Source: Craspedostauros australis
Lineage: Eukaryota
DNA length: 55,784 nt
Direction of reading: 5' to 3'
NCBI GenBank assembly: GCA_030167865.1
Contig: JALAGF010000277.1
Coordinates: 62,001-117,784, forward strand
The notes under the pieces were generated by a model, which did not search any database, had not been told where the DNA came from, and saw only the letters and a list, made by a program, of their open reading frames with translations. Position numbers and translations under genes: made by a program. Shown piece after piece: positions 11,180 to 23,121 of the stretch; the first letter of the stretch is position 1, and every line of letters starts with the position of its first letter.

Positions 11180-12004
11180 CTACCTGGTTGCCGAGCGCAA
11201 GTGACGTTGATGCTTTCGTGTGCGGCGATGGACTGGATGCTCAGCCTGCCCAGTTTGCTCGTTCTGCACGAAGGCATCGTCCTCTGTTGCCAAGCGCCAG
11301 TCCCAGCCATCGGCTGCGAACTCGATCGTGTTTCTGCGTGCATTCCTGTGGATCTCCTGCAGGCTTCCCCACATTGTCCTCTTCATCCATTCAGGGTACT
11401 CCTGGCGGTTGGGGATGCGGAACACGCGGACTTTGTTGTAGAAATGGATGAGCTTGCCGCTTCTCGAGGGTGATGAGCCTGCTGGAGCAGCTTCGCTGGA
11501 TGCAGGCGATTGCTGTTGTTCCTTGTCTTCCTCCTGTGTCTCTTGAGAGTCGCACGATGGTGCTTCAGTGAGCGAGGGGCACTGGCTTGAGCCTGCGCTG
11601 CTTTGTGACACGTCCTCATCGTCAGAAACTTCCAACGATGGTGGTGCCGATGATGACAGAGATGATGGTGTGCCAGTGATTGTGCACAATGCTCGTTTCC
11701 GGAGGATGGACACTGGAGCGGAAGGCTTGAAGTAGTGCTGTGGCTGTAACTGTGCTTGCGTTTGGTGTGGATCAATGCATCGCACGTCACCGACATCACC
11801 CACGTAGCGGCGCTTGACGCTCCTGAAGTCATGCTGGTGATGCTGTGGCCCACAAGGATAGTGTGTTTGTGGTTGTGCCTGGTACTGCTGATGTTGATGA
11901 TGCTGTTGATGGTGCTGCTGTTGATAGGAGTAGTGGTAACACTGCTGCTGGTGCTGCTCGAAGTGTCGCTTCTGTCCAACGGTCGGTGATGCCGAAGTGC
12001 TCAT
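11180..12004 (-). CDS. Gln/Ser-rich hypothetical protein with a C-terminal RVxF-type (candidate PP1-docking) module
   Basis: First plausible ATG at 12004 (MSTSASP...), 274 aa. Low-complexity N-terminus, then KLIHFYNKVRVFRIP...MW...EIHRNARRNTIEFAADGWDWR. Confidence 0.75.
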   Translation of the reverse strand: MSTSASPTVGQKRHFEQHQQQCYHYSYQQQHHQQHHQHQQYQAQPQTHYPCGPQHHQHDFRSVKRRYVGDVGDVRCIDPHQTQAQLQPQHYFKPSAPVSILRKRALCTITGTPSSLSSSAPPSLEVSDDEDVSQSSAGSSQCPSLTEAPSCDSQETQEEDKEQQQSPASSEAAPAGSSPSRSGKLIHFYNKVRVFRIPNRQEYPEWMKRTMWGSLQEIHRNARRNTIEFAADGWDWRLATEDDAFVQNEQTGQAEHPVHRRTRKHQRHLRSATR

Positions 12005-12053
12005 CGTGATACTGCTGATTGCAAACGTGGTCGTGGTCTTACTAGTAATCGGA

Positions 12054-12100
12054 GTTGTTGTTGTCGTAGTTGCTGCTGTTGTTGTTGTTGTTGTTGTTGT
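12054..12100. repeat. (GTT)n-type imperfect microsatellite upstream of the 11180-12004 gene
   Basis: gttgttgttgtcgtagttgctgctgttgttgttgttgttgttgttgt. Confidence 0.85.
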
Positions 12101-14550
12101 GACTGATGCTGCTTGGAATGGATTATGAGAGATGAGTGAGTGATGAACAAGGCGTTGCAGATAAGTTGTTGCTCTGTGCAGTTTGTGTGTGCCTGAGAAT
12201 GGAGGATGTGAGCGTTGCGTTTTCGTTTTTAGTTTCTTGTTGGTTGGTTTTGTGATGTTTGGTGGATTGGCTTTTGTTGGTTTTGTTTCTTGCTGGGTCG
12301 GGATGAGCCAATTTGCTATGTTGTGCGGAAACGGATGGTCACAACTCCCCAACGACTTGCTCTTGTTGCGCTTTCCTTGCACTTCGAACTCTTGGCTCTT
12401 CTGTCTGCTCAATCGGTGTTTGAGCTCAACGACGTGGTTTCCTGTTTGTGGTCGTGCCCTCTCTCTTGCGCTCGCACACCTGGCTTCTGTGTTGTGTTCA
12501 CTCGGTTGTTGCTCGTTGGGTGATTTGAAACCCTGTTCGTTTGGGATGTCTTTGAGTGCCAACAACGGAGGCTGATGTCACGAAGACCGCTGGTCGCAAG
12601 TCAGCGGCAGCGCTGTCTCTCGTGGCTGGAACTGTTGCTTGTCGTCGTTGTGGGGGCTGCTCTGATGTTGTCATGTTGTGTGACAACTGCAACGAAAATT
12701 GAACGCAAGCACATGAAAGAGCCACGCACCCGAAGTCAAACTCCCGCTAATTTGTTGGACGATGACGTTTGCTGAAGCGCGGAGTCTTGTCTGAGGTTCT
12801 TGGTGGGAGGATGCCAGACCATCTTTGAACATGTGACTCCTAAGTAACACACAAAGACGTTACGCGAGCCGATTTCCCAAGATGACACCTCACTCCGAAC
12901 GGTTGTTTCGCCCTACGGCGGACTGACTATTCTCCACATCTGGCTTCCGTGTGAAATTCTGGCGATGACTCACGATTGAGCCACGATTGCTGTATCCCAC
13001 AAAGTCAAACCGCGGAGAAGAGATGTCGATGCCGTTGATCTTGTTCTGCGAGTTGTCTGATCGTACGAGTGCGCAAGTACGACTACGGCTGTGCAGGAGT
13101 TGCCTGTCTAACAATCGTAGCTCGTACAAATACTGCACGAAGTATCACCTATCATACGAGCTACGCTGTGCATAATTTATGCTACATAGTACGGGCTCAA
13201 TAGCATCATTGGAGGCGTCGTTCCTCGTCGAGCTGGCAACCTCCAACTTCAATGAGACGAAAAGAGAACATCACCATGTCTCATTCAAATTTCAAATGCA
13301 ACTCAATCGTGACAATGCCAACAGCTATCTTTCTGACTGCATCCACGCTTTCCGCGATCGGCGGAGAGTCCATGGTTAATAATTGACGCAGCAACATGTT
13401 CACTCCGTCTGTCTCATTGGTCACATCTGGAGCCGCTGTCGCAGAAGCAGTCGCTCCGTCTTGCCATCCGCTTCCCTCGCGCAACGTCGTCCTTTCCGTT
13501 TCTGTCCACTTCCGAGATGTCCATGGGGTGCACTTTGCTCCACGATCATGATCGAATTTTTTGGTTTGGGGAAGAGCAGACTATGTACAGCCTCGTGTGG
13601 TCATTGTTGTGGTTAAACTGTGGTTACCAGCGATCTATTATATTCTCCTATTATGCAATATAGTACATATAGTACTATGACGACGAGATACGAGTGTTCC
13701 ACTCTACTCTCTCTCAATACTCAAGCCAGTATTGGAGGATGTGTGCAATGCCAATGATTCCACCAATGTCCCCAACGCGATGACGCCAACGCCGATGGAG
13801 GCAGACATACCTCGTGGAGTTGTTCATGAAATAGCATTGATCCGAACACCCCCAACGGCGATCCAACAACAAATGACGAAGCCATTCACCACAAACGACA
13901 CGAGCCCCTCCAGATTATAACCGTCAACTTTCGAAGGGATCTTGGAAGCGCTTTTCCGCAGCCGTATCATCACTGGGCACACGTGCCACAATGTGGCTGG
14001 AACAACAACAACAACAACAACATTCAGTATCGGCACGAGCACCAAATGACAATGTGTGTTGACGTGGCAGCCACTATTCCGAATTGAGTAGAGAAGTTAT
14101 CTTGCGCTACCTTCGCTGGAGAGAGAGAGAGGGTGGGCACGGAGGGCACGCCGCATCAGGTCGGAATCAAATGAGGATGACAACGACGGTGATGGTGCCG
14201 ATGACGATCTGTTGTTGGGTCTCAGAAATGAAAGGAGGCTTTGGCTTTCTGCACTTTCAGCCATGTTCTCGTCTGCTCTTTGGATTGATTGGCACTTCGC
14301 GATGCAATGCGTTGTCAGTGACTGTCCAATGCGCATTTCGTCTCCCGCTTCCGCTCTCACTTTGTCATCTTTGGCAATGTTCGGTTCCTTTCTTGTCCTT
14401 TGTCCTTGTTCCTGCACATACGTACGTCCCCATGACCTTCTTGGATGATGTTGGGGAGGGCAGTTGGATCCCCATTTCTCCAATCCGGCCACAGCCATAG
14501 CTGCCGTTACCATCGCCGTTATCGTCGTCACGTGCAAGAGATTGCTCTCC

Positions 14551-16377
14551 TCATCCGATGATGCCGCCGAATGTTCGTCGTTCTGGTGATCTCGTCAACG
14601 CCACACACCCGCGACAATCGCATCGCAATGTGCCTTGCGCCTTCGCATCTGGGCTCCACGGTATGGTCTGATGCAGTTCCAGCCTCCACTCACCATCCTC
14701 CGCATCTGGGCGGGTCCACTTTTGAACGGCCAGCAACGTTGCGGAGTCGATACCCGCGTTGGCAGGGAATTCCACATTCGTAGTGTACGCCGTCGTTGGC
14801 GAGACGATGGTGGAATCCGCACCTGAGACCTGCATGCCTTGCGGCCTGGCACCGTCTGCCAAGCATGCATTCCAATCATCGATGCGTCCACCTGCCTCCA
14901 CAACCTGCCACGCAATTTATTTCAATCCAATGCGATTTGGGCAGAGTGGGTTGGTAGACGCATGGTAAGCGTTGGGTTGTGAAAAGGATGGAGAAACATG
15001 GAGGGAAGAGAAGACAGCAATGGTGAGCCCAAGGTCATTGAGATGGTGTGATGGTCCATGAGTGGACGGGATGCTTTGTACTCTAGCTCGTACGCAATTG
15101 CGCCCCTTTCGATTCAATCCAATTCAATTGGTTTCGATGCCACGCGATGCCATGCCATGATGGTACCATCGTTGCCTTGAATACTAATGCAAGTATAGTA
15201 TAGTACGTTGAGTTCGTCGTTGCCAATGATCTGCGTGTGTGTGTCGGCCACACTCTTGAGCACTTACCTCTGACACTTGTGGTGATGATGATGGCGAACA
15301 CACTTGCTCCATGAGTTCTTTGTTGCCTTGGATCAAGGCATCATAGAATCTTTGCTGACTTTCCAGGAGGCTCTTGTTGTCGGCATCAATGATTTCGGAC
15401 GCATCCGATTCATCAAGCAGCGACGTCGGCCGCAAATGCTGTCCCAATAACTGGATCCACTGCGGAATCTCATCCTGGCCCGATCCAAACGAGCGACCGT
15501 TCGAGTTCAGACCGAACCAACGGAACGACGAGGCGTTTGTCGCCTCATCATCGGTGAGATCGTCAAAGTACTGCGTCCACGTTGCCGTATCGTAGCAATC
15601 CGCAAGCCACTGAGTGTCCTGCGCTGCTTTACCTGCGAATGGATCGTACCCTCTCACCGTGGAGATTGGCACGACGTACACTGTGGCCTGCAAAAGCCGC
15701 TTCGACAGCACCGACAGTCCCTGCAACGCCTCTTCGAGCTTGTCTTGCGTCCCGCAGATGGCGATGATGCGCGGCGGATTCGACAGCGCCCGCAGCTGCT
15801 GCAACGTCGCGGCATCCGTGAAGCGCTTATCCGCCAGCACGTTGGTCGGCAACCGCACCGGCAACGTCTCCGTGTTGAGCTCCTTCTCCATGCGCAGCAG
15901 CTGGTTGTTGCGACGCCGGCATTCGCGCAGGAACAACCCCGCGCTGCCCACGGCCGCGATCACGGACAGGACGGACTGAGGCAACGCCATCTGGTCGTAT
16001 CCGATGGACTCGCTCAGGCTCGGCGCCGCGAGGAAGGTGAAGGCCAGCAGCGCGTACAGGCTGATGCGGATGGGTTCGCTCTGATTCAGCGCGTTGTATC
16101 GCACCAACGCATCTCCGCGGACCGTGCGCAAGGCCAGCAAATCAAAGACGGGACGCGAGATGTCGAACTTGTTGCTGCCGGCCATGCGCAATGCCACTCC
16201 ACGTTGTTGAGGTTCGCGCTGCGATCTTCCCCATGCCTCTTGGACACCATTGCGCGCTGATGCTGTGCTACCATGCCTCGATGAAGCGGGCAACGCGAAC
16301 GAGGCAACCCGTTGCGCCTTGGAATCCAATACCAACGCAACGCACAGAACCACGCTGCAAAATCTCATTGTGTTCAT
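14551..16377 (-). CDS. LPA1-like (DUF3493) thylakoid protein fused to a SnoaL/NTF2-like domain, 487 aa; exons 16377-15268, 14904-14551
   Basis: Phase-0 intron GAG|GTAAGT...CAG|GTT joins two ORFs. Signal peptide then VAS-F. Two TM helices, then QLLRMEKE..LPVRLPTN..LQQLR..RIIAICG..VVPI and GLNSNGRSFGSG..PQW, as in the LPA1 C-terminal domain. Then QQRFYDAL..G...AYTTNVE...GEWRLELHQ (NTF2-like). Confidence 0.75.
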
Positions 16378-17055
16378 CTTGCTCGGCAATGTATCGAAGT
16401 ATCGTAAACGGTGGGTCCTGTTGTTTCTTCTGTGCTATCTTTGTCCTCCGATGTCCTCAACCGACAGGCGTCACGTCCGCCTCGAGTATGAGTAGGGTGG
16501 AGTAGGGTGTGTTTGGCATCTTGAAGATCCGATCGGCGTCTCCTTTCTCCATCACACACGTGTTGGTCATCGTGTGGTGCGTTGTCTTCATTTCTGATGT
16601 TTCTTGGCCAGCCAAGAACGCATTCTTCGGGAGGAATGTGTGACGTCACGGAACTGAACCACGACCTGACTGGACGGACCAAACAACATCACAGCAATCC
16701 AGTCCCATCCAGAAGATGAGTCGTGGATTCGAAAAACATGATTCACCAATCATGAAGCGACAACGCAAAATCGCGTTTTGATTCGGTTCGGTTTCTCTTC
16801 TTTCTCATGTCTTCTCCTTCCGTGCGGACATCACCAACAACAGACTGCACAGATCGCTGTCGACACGCAACGTGCTGGAGCGCAACGGAAGGATCCGTCA
16901 TAAAAGCGGACTCTGAGATTTCGAGAACGACCGCACCACTGACAACATCAACGTTCGCAGCGAAGCAAGGAACCAACGACGACACAAACGTCCGCACGAC
17001 ACCACCACCAACAGACGCAACAGAACCAACAAGATCCAGAGATCAGCAAGCAAAG

Positions 17056-19209
17056 ATGAAGCTGGAACTCTCCCTTTACGGCAAGGACCTGAAGAATGTG
17101 GCAGGAGCATTCAAGGGTGAGTCAACCCCTTTGACGTCGGCGAGCTCGTGCGAGCTTGCGCTCGCATCTGCTCTGCGATGATGAAATCGGACTACTGCCG
17201 GGTTTGATTTGCTGTCTCTGCCATCATCATCACGAATCTCACATCCCGCGACCAATTGCATTCTTCGTTCCTCTATTGCCTCCTGCGAATGGCGCCGCCT
17301 CCACCTTTACCTCCATCGCAACAGGCACATCCGACCCATTTGCGGTCGTCACGAAGCTCAGCTCCTCCGACGGCCCTGGTGCCGAAGTGCTGGGCAAGAC
17401 GGAGGTCATCAAGAACTCCCTCGATCCGCAATGGGTCAAGGTGTTCTTCCTTGACTACAACCTCGGAACGCCCCTCAAGGTGGCCGTCTCCATCTTTGAC
17501 GAGGTTCGCAAGGGCGACAACAAGAGCATGGGATCCGCGGTGTTCGACATCGGCGAGGTTCTCGGAGCACGCGGCAACACCAAGGCCAAGAAGGTCAGGG
17601 GAGGTGGAACGTGAGTGTGTGCTCCAACTTATCGATCGCTAAATGAATGCAAATGTATCGTGCAATGCGCATTCCAGTGTTTTGGCTACCTGGCTGGCTG
17701 GCTGGTCTGATTTGCTGTCATGCACGGCGTTTTCTGCGTTTTGCGTTTGCACCAACATACACCCCAAAGCATATTCCGGGATTCGCGTCACAACCCGCCC
17801 ATTCACTCGTGCGCTCATCGCATTTCTTCTGCAATTGCTGCCACTTCGTAATGCCGCTATGGTGGATATTCAGCCTCTTCGCCAACGTCCGAAAGAGCGT
17901 CGGAAAAGGCGTGCTGCGACTTGCCATGAGTGGAATCAAACTCTCCAACACGGAAGGCTTCCTGCGAAAGAGTGATCCGTTCTACGAGCTCAACCGCAGA
18001 ATGGACAGCGCAGGTGCAGCCACATGGGATAACGTCCACCGATCGCAGGTCGTCAGCAACGACCTCAGCCCGACCTGGAAGGAGGCGACCTTGGAGCTCA
18101 GCGTGCTTTGTGGCGGCGACCTGGATCTCCCCATCGAGGTCAAGGTGTACGATCACGAAAAGAAGGGAGACCATGTCCTGATGGGAGAATTCGAAACCAC
18201 TGTCAACCAGCTGGTGGCTGCTGAGTCCGACACCATCGACCTAATGAAGAACGGCAGCAACACCGGCAAGATCAAAATCAACAAGGCCCAAGTCGTCGGG
18301 GCCGAGACCGTCATGGAGCAACGCACCGAGTACTCAGCTGCAGCAACAGCCCCACCGCCAGGCGTCCCCACCTTCGCGGATTACGTCAGCGGTGGCTGCG
18401 AACTCAATGTTGTCGTTGCCGTCGACTTCACCGGCTCGAACGGAGATCCACGGCAGCCGGGAACTTTGCATCACATTGGATCTGGATTGAATGACTACGA
18501 GAAAGCCATCAAGTCCATCGTCCCCATCCTCGAGCAGTTCGATTCCGACAAGCAGATCCCGTTCTTGGGATTCGGTGCCAAGTACGACGGCGTCGTGCGC
18601 CACGCGTTCCAAATCGGAGACAGCGAAGAACTGGACGGCGTCCGAGCCGTGCTCGATGCCTACCGCGGCGTCTTCGCCACCCGGCTCATCATGTCCGGTC
18701 CCACAGTGTTCGAGGAAGTCATGCAAACCGCAGCCGCAAAGGCGCAATCGCGATTGGAGGCAGCGCAGGCAGAGGACAAGCAATCCTACACCATTCTGCT
18801 CATCTTGTCGGACGGAGCCGTTTCGGATGTGGAGGCAACGAAGGCCTGCCTGGAGTCGATCAACGAAACACCGCTTTCAGTCGTCATCGTGGGCGTTGGT
18901 AATGCGGACTTCTCCTCCATGGAGTTCTTGGATGACAGTCAGTCGTTGGGCGAGCGCGACATCGCCCAGTTTGTGCCATTCAACGAGCACTGCAACAGTC
19001 CCGCAGACCTGTCCGCTGCGACGTTGCAGGAGATCCCAGAACAGCTCGTCAGCTACTTCCAAAAGCATGACATCCAGCCGCGCGACCAAATGACCGTCGA
19101 GGATGAGGAGATCATCATCGAACCGGAGGATGAGATCGACCTGTCTCTAGATTTCGGAGACCAGGAGATCGTGGTCTCAGGAGGCGGAAGCGTGGCCAAT
19201 AGTTGGTAG
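17056..19209 (+). CDS. Copine (two C2 domains + vWA), 560 aa; exons 17056-17116, 17325-17610, 17874-19209
   Basis: In-frame GT-AG introns. C2 motifs GTSDPF..KTEVIKNSLDPQW and KSDPF..NDLSPTW..VYDH. Copine vWA motifs VAVDFTGSNGDP, GFGA, SGPT, LLILSDG, PLSVVIVGVGNADF, RDIAQFVPF, EIPEQL. Confidence 0.95.
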
Positions 19210-19554
19210 ACAGTGAAGTGTGTGCCATATCAGTGCACATGGGCGCTTGTCTGTAGTGTGCCATCGCCAAGGCATGATATTCAGTTATTGATGCGAATGT
19301 CCTTGGTTCTTGCCACATCTGCAGCCAATGCAAGAAAGAAAACGTCAAGAAGTTACACACATACTCGTAAATGTTGAATATTGGTAGCAATTTATAATAC
19401 TTCATTGTGAAATATAAGAGGACGTTGCTAGCATGTCGCAGATCTGCCGTCCAGTGTGCCGCATCAAATAGAATGGAGGTACTGAACTACTCGTGCCGCA
19501 GGAGTTTCCAAATTGTCAACTAGCGAAATGGTCCACATGCCGCCGTCGACTACT

Positions 19555-20670
19555 TCAGAGCCTCGAACGAGGCGGCCGCTCGCGAGGTCCAACATCCTCC
19601 TCCTCAGCAGCAGCAGCAGCAGCACCGTGATTGCCCACAACTCCTGCAATTGACAAGAAGTTGTCAATGCTTGCATTGTACTCCTTGGGATGAACCTTGA
19701 GATGTCCGCAATGTTTCGATCGCTCCCAACACTGCGACAACACCGGCCCCTTTCTCCTCGGTTTGCCGTGCACGCCGTTGCTCCTCGTATTCAATTGGCG
19801 TAAATTGTGAACAACTTGCTCAATGTGCTGCGACGAGGCCAGCGGATCGTCGTGGCTATACACGAAGAGCTTGGTAACATCGATGGATGCATCATTCTGT
19901 AACGTGTCAAATAGTTTATGGCAACGTTCTGCAGACGAGGATGCATGGTCGTCTCCGTGCACAACCAAGTCCGGTCCGAACGTGCGCAAGATGGAGACCT
20001 TCTCCTGCCATTCGCACTGCTCCAACGCTCGGTTCACATCGGCACCGGTGACGGTGAAAAAGCAGGGACATGAATCGAAGACGATGCCGTTGACACACGA
20101 TTTGAGCCCAAGGACAATCCGCGCCGTGTCGATGGAGGGATCCGATGATGTCATTGATGCCAACGATGATGCTAACGATGGACTTGCTGTCGCTCTTGCA
20201 ATGCCATCATCCGCCCACTGGAATATGCGCTGAACTTCCTCCCAGATGAAGCACCCGCCGTTGGAGAACGCATGAAAGACGACTTGCTGCTTCCCATCGC
20301 ACGCGTAGTAAGGCTCACGCTGCTGGTGATACAAATCGGCCAGCAGCTTCCATGCAATCTCGTGCATCGACAGCGACCCGGTGTCCTCGTCAAGGCACCC
20401 ATGTGATGGCCAGTCGGGGGGAGCACAGATGTCGGCGTACGTCAGCACCGTGTCGTACAGCATGCGCGGTGCAGCGATGTAGGACCACACGTCGCATCCT
20501 TTAGCGACATAGAGTCGGCGGAATGAGTTGAGGTGGCGTTCCTGACATCCCAGCCAACCTAGCAGGATCACCACTGGTTTGGTTGGTCTGATTGATTCGA
20601 TTGGAGCCAATGGTGTCGATACCTGCGGTGACGCCAGTCGTTTCGCCTGCGGCGAATGTTGATCGGACAT
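19555..20670 (-). CDS. TMEM53/DUF829 family alpha/beta-hydrolase-fold protein
   Basis: VILLGWLGC, VFHAFSNGG, GIVFDSCP, LFVYSHDDPL, WERSKHCGHLKVHPKEY. Confidence 0.88.
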   Translation of the reverse strand: MSDQHSPQAKRLASPQVSTPLAPIESIRPTKPVVILLGWLGCQERHLNSFRRLYVAKGCDVWSYIAAPRMLYDTVLTYADICAPPDWPSHGCLDEDTGSLSMHEIAWKLLADLYHQQREPYYACDGKQQVVFHAFSNGGCFIWEEVQRIFQWADDGIARATASPSLASSLASMTSSDPSIDTARIVLGLKSCVNGIVFDSCPCFFTVTGADVNRALEQCEWQEKVSILRTFGPDLVVHGDDHASSSAERCHKLFDTLQNDASIDVTKLFVYSHDDPLASSQHIEQVVHNLRQLNTRSNGVHGKPRRKGPVLSQCWERSKHCGHLKVHPKEYNASIDNFLSIAGVVGNHGAAAAAAEEEDVGPRERPPRSRL

Positions 20671-21334
20671 GGTGAAAGCGGCAGCTGCGATGATCTTGCA
20701 ACGCAGACAGTTATTTGCAGAGAGTAGAGCTTGTTGTGGCGAAGTGGATGTTGTGGGTGGCAGGATTCTCGAGAGTATTCGCGAGCATGGTCCTGTATCG
20801 GTCTCTATCGTACGAGTATTGTTGGTGTCTCAGAACATGAGGGGCGTTGCATCTCTTGGCAGTCGCCGTGGCGATGTTGTTGTACGTCTGCGGAAGCGAA
20901 CGATGGAGATCTTTTGCGATCTTTCATGGTGGGTTGGATCACGAGCGAAAACCGTGGGTGGGTATGTACCATGCGAGCTACGGCTATGATACGTATGAGC
21001 TACTCGTAGTGTAGACGCCTTATCACTGGAATGCAACTGCGGGAAGACCAAAGACTGCCTCGTTGTATCCATTCTGAAACGTCATGCAATCATACGAAAA
21101 TAATGCTAAGATAGGATTTGCAACTAACTGTGTCAATTTCGATAGGAGAATAATTGGTATGGTCGACTTCATCACTGTTCGCTGGCCTTCGATCACTCCG
21201 CAAGGCCCGGGTGCGGCATTCAATTCCATTGGATCAAGACGGCCATTGTATTGATGAATGACCCATCTGTACTACTCCACTATGTAATATATAAAATAGT
21301 ACATCCAGTACATTCGATACCCAATGCTCGACGT

Positions 21335-22933
21335 CTACGTCACGAGATCGAGACCTTTGGTCACAACTTCGTCGATTGCAGACTCGCTGAGCTTGTACAG
21401 TTCGGTCACCAACAGAACTTGAAGCCAAAAAGTCTGTGTCCTGTGATCGCTATCCACACTGTCGAGGATGGTGGCGCGTTTGTTGTCGATGCCAATACCA
21501 CGGTTGGTAATGATAGCACTTGCATCCCTGACGTTTGCTTGATCTTTTGTATCCATTGGATCAAAACTGAATTCATCAACGGTGCCATCGTATCCATCAC
21601 CAGACAAGGCTGCAGCTGTTGTATCGACCCGTTTTTTATTGAACGCATCGTTTGGGTCATTGCTTGATGATGCCGTCATCGACAAGACTGCTGCTAACAG
21701 CAGCATCGCGCTGTCATGCCCAATGCCCGCGCTTGTGATGACGTTCGGACCTGTCTCCCAGATCGGCATCCACGCATCGTACGCACCGCCAACCAGCAAA
21801 CCGGCGCCGCCAACGACGAACGCAATCCACTGCAGCCATGTCATGTTGCTGGTATTGGCGCCGGCTGATTTGCTCCCGAATACTTGGCTTGGAAGGTATT
21901 GTTGCATGGACAGCGGCGAGCTCGCTGCATTTTGTGTCCCTGTTCTCGATGGCGACGATGATGGTGATGACAATGATTGTCGTTGGGATGGTGCTGGGCT
22001 TATCCACCTCCTCCTTGTGCCATTTCCGATGGCACCGCCAATGGCATTGGCAGCTGGACTCACTGTACCAACATGCGGATACAACCCGTCAAAGACAAAC
22101 ACGGCCCCAACCAATGGCCAGAAGTATCGCCAAGCCTGGAACCATTCAAAGTTCAACAGCATCTCGCCCACGATCCAGCTGGACAATGTGGCTGCTCCCG
22201 CCAACGCCAGCATGTTGGAAATCTTGGAGAATGTTGGTGATGTGTCCATGATGCCAAAAGATGGCGTGTCGTCATTTTCGTTCATGACGAGCGACGATGG
22301 TGACGATCCCACCGAATGTAGTGTCTCTACGATCGCCTTCTCGATTCCATTCTCGGCGTCGAACACAGTCCTCTCCAACCGTGTCTGAATGATCTTCAAT
22401 CTGTCCATCGAACTGAAATTGAGGCCGGTCTCAATTCTGACATCGCTTGCGTGTGGCAGCGGCGTTGCAGGATCGTCCTGGCCAACATCCTCTTGCGATC
22501 CATCCAGCCGAGTGCTCATCTTGCCTTTGCATGTGGTACCGTAACGATTCGATCCACCACCCGACGTCGTTCTTCTTCGTCTCCTCTCCATCGAGAGAGG
22601 CTTGACACTGCTCCTGCCGGCGCACAAGCATGCGGCATCATCGCAAAGCAAGATCGCGCAGAGGAAAAATATGGTCCGTCGGGGGCAGCGATGATGCGTG
22701 CGGCGTTGCTTTGGACATCGTCGTTGCAACGATCCTCCCTTCTGAGTGCTAGTATGATGCCGCATCCTTCCGTCCTTCCTTGTTGATGTTGTTGGTGCTG
22801 ACACGAATTCTGTTTCGTTCCACGCTGGATGTCCACGCTGCCATTGATCCTTTTTGTGGAGCAGATTTTGGCGCGCCGTTTCGGTGGCTCCAAGAAATGA
22901 GATCAACCAAGCGTGGCGGACCACTTCATTCAT
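21335..22933 (-). CDS. Hypothetical multi-pass membrane protein (start uncertain: 22933 or 22765)
   Basis: 532-codon ORF with 4-5 hydrophobic segments and compact motifs WFQAWRYFWPLVG and GGAYDAWMPIWETGPNVITSAGIG. Confidence 0.7.
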   Translation of the reverse strand: MNEVVRHAWLISFLGATETARQNLLHKKDQWQRGHPAWNETEFVSAPTTSTRKDGRMRHHTSTQKGGSLQRRCPKQRRTHHRCPRRTIFFLCAILLCDDAACLCAGRSSVKPLSMERRRRRTTSGGGSNRYGTTCKGKMSTRLDGSQEDVGQDDPATPLPHASDVRIETGLNFSSMDRLKIIQTRLERTVFDAENGIEKAIVETLHSVGSSPSSLVMNENDDTPSFGIMDTSPTFSKISNMLALAGAATLSSWIVGEMLLNFEWFQAWRYFWPLVGAVFVFDGLYPHVGTVSPAANAIGGAIGNGTRRRWISPAPSQRQSLSSPSSSPSRTGTQNAASSPLSMQQYLPSQVFGSKSAGANTSNMTWLQWIAFVVGGAGLLVGGAYDAWMPIWETGPNVITSAGIGHDSAMLLLAAVLSMTASSSNDPNDAFNKKRVDTTAAALSGDGYDGTVDEFSFDPMDTKDQANVRDASAIITNRGIGIDNKRATILDSVDSDHRTQTFWLQVLLVTELYKLSESAIDEVVTKGLDLVT

Positions 22934-23121
22934 GTTTTAATCGAGGTTGTCGTCTGCGTTCGCGCCACAAAAATGGCGATTTTCGCCATCTCGTCTCCGT
23001 TTCCTTTCGTCCAACCGCAAAATCAAGCGCTCAAATGAGATCGTTCAAAGAACAGCTGCGGATACGACCAACGGAAGAGCTGTGGAACAAGCAATGCAAG
23101 CAAAGCAGGGAAGAAACGGCG

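Noticed and set aside
12005-12565. Upstream in-frame extension of the 461-aa ORF
   Set aside because: It begins at a non-ATG codon and runs through microsatellite; more likely 5' UTR or promoter.
12800-14540. Short ORFs on both strands between the RVxF gene and the LPA1-like gene
   Set aside because: No motifs and no consistent splice model; treated as intergenic.
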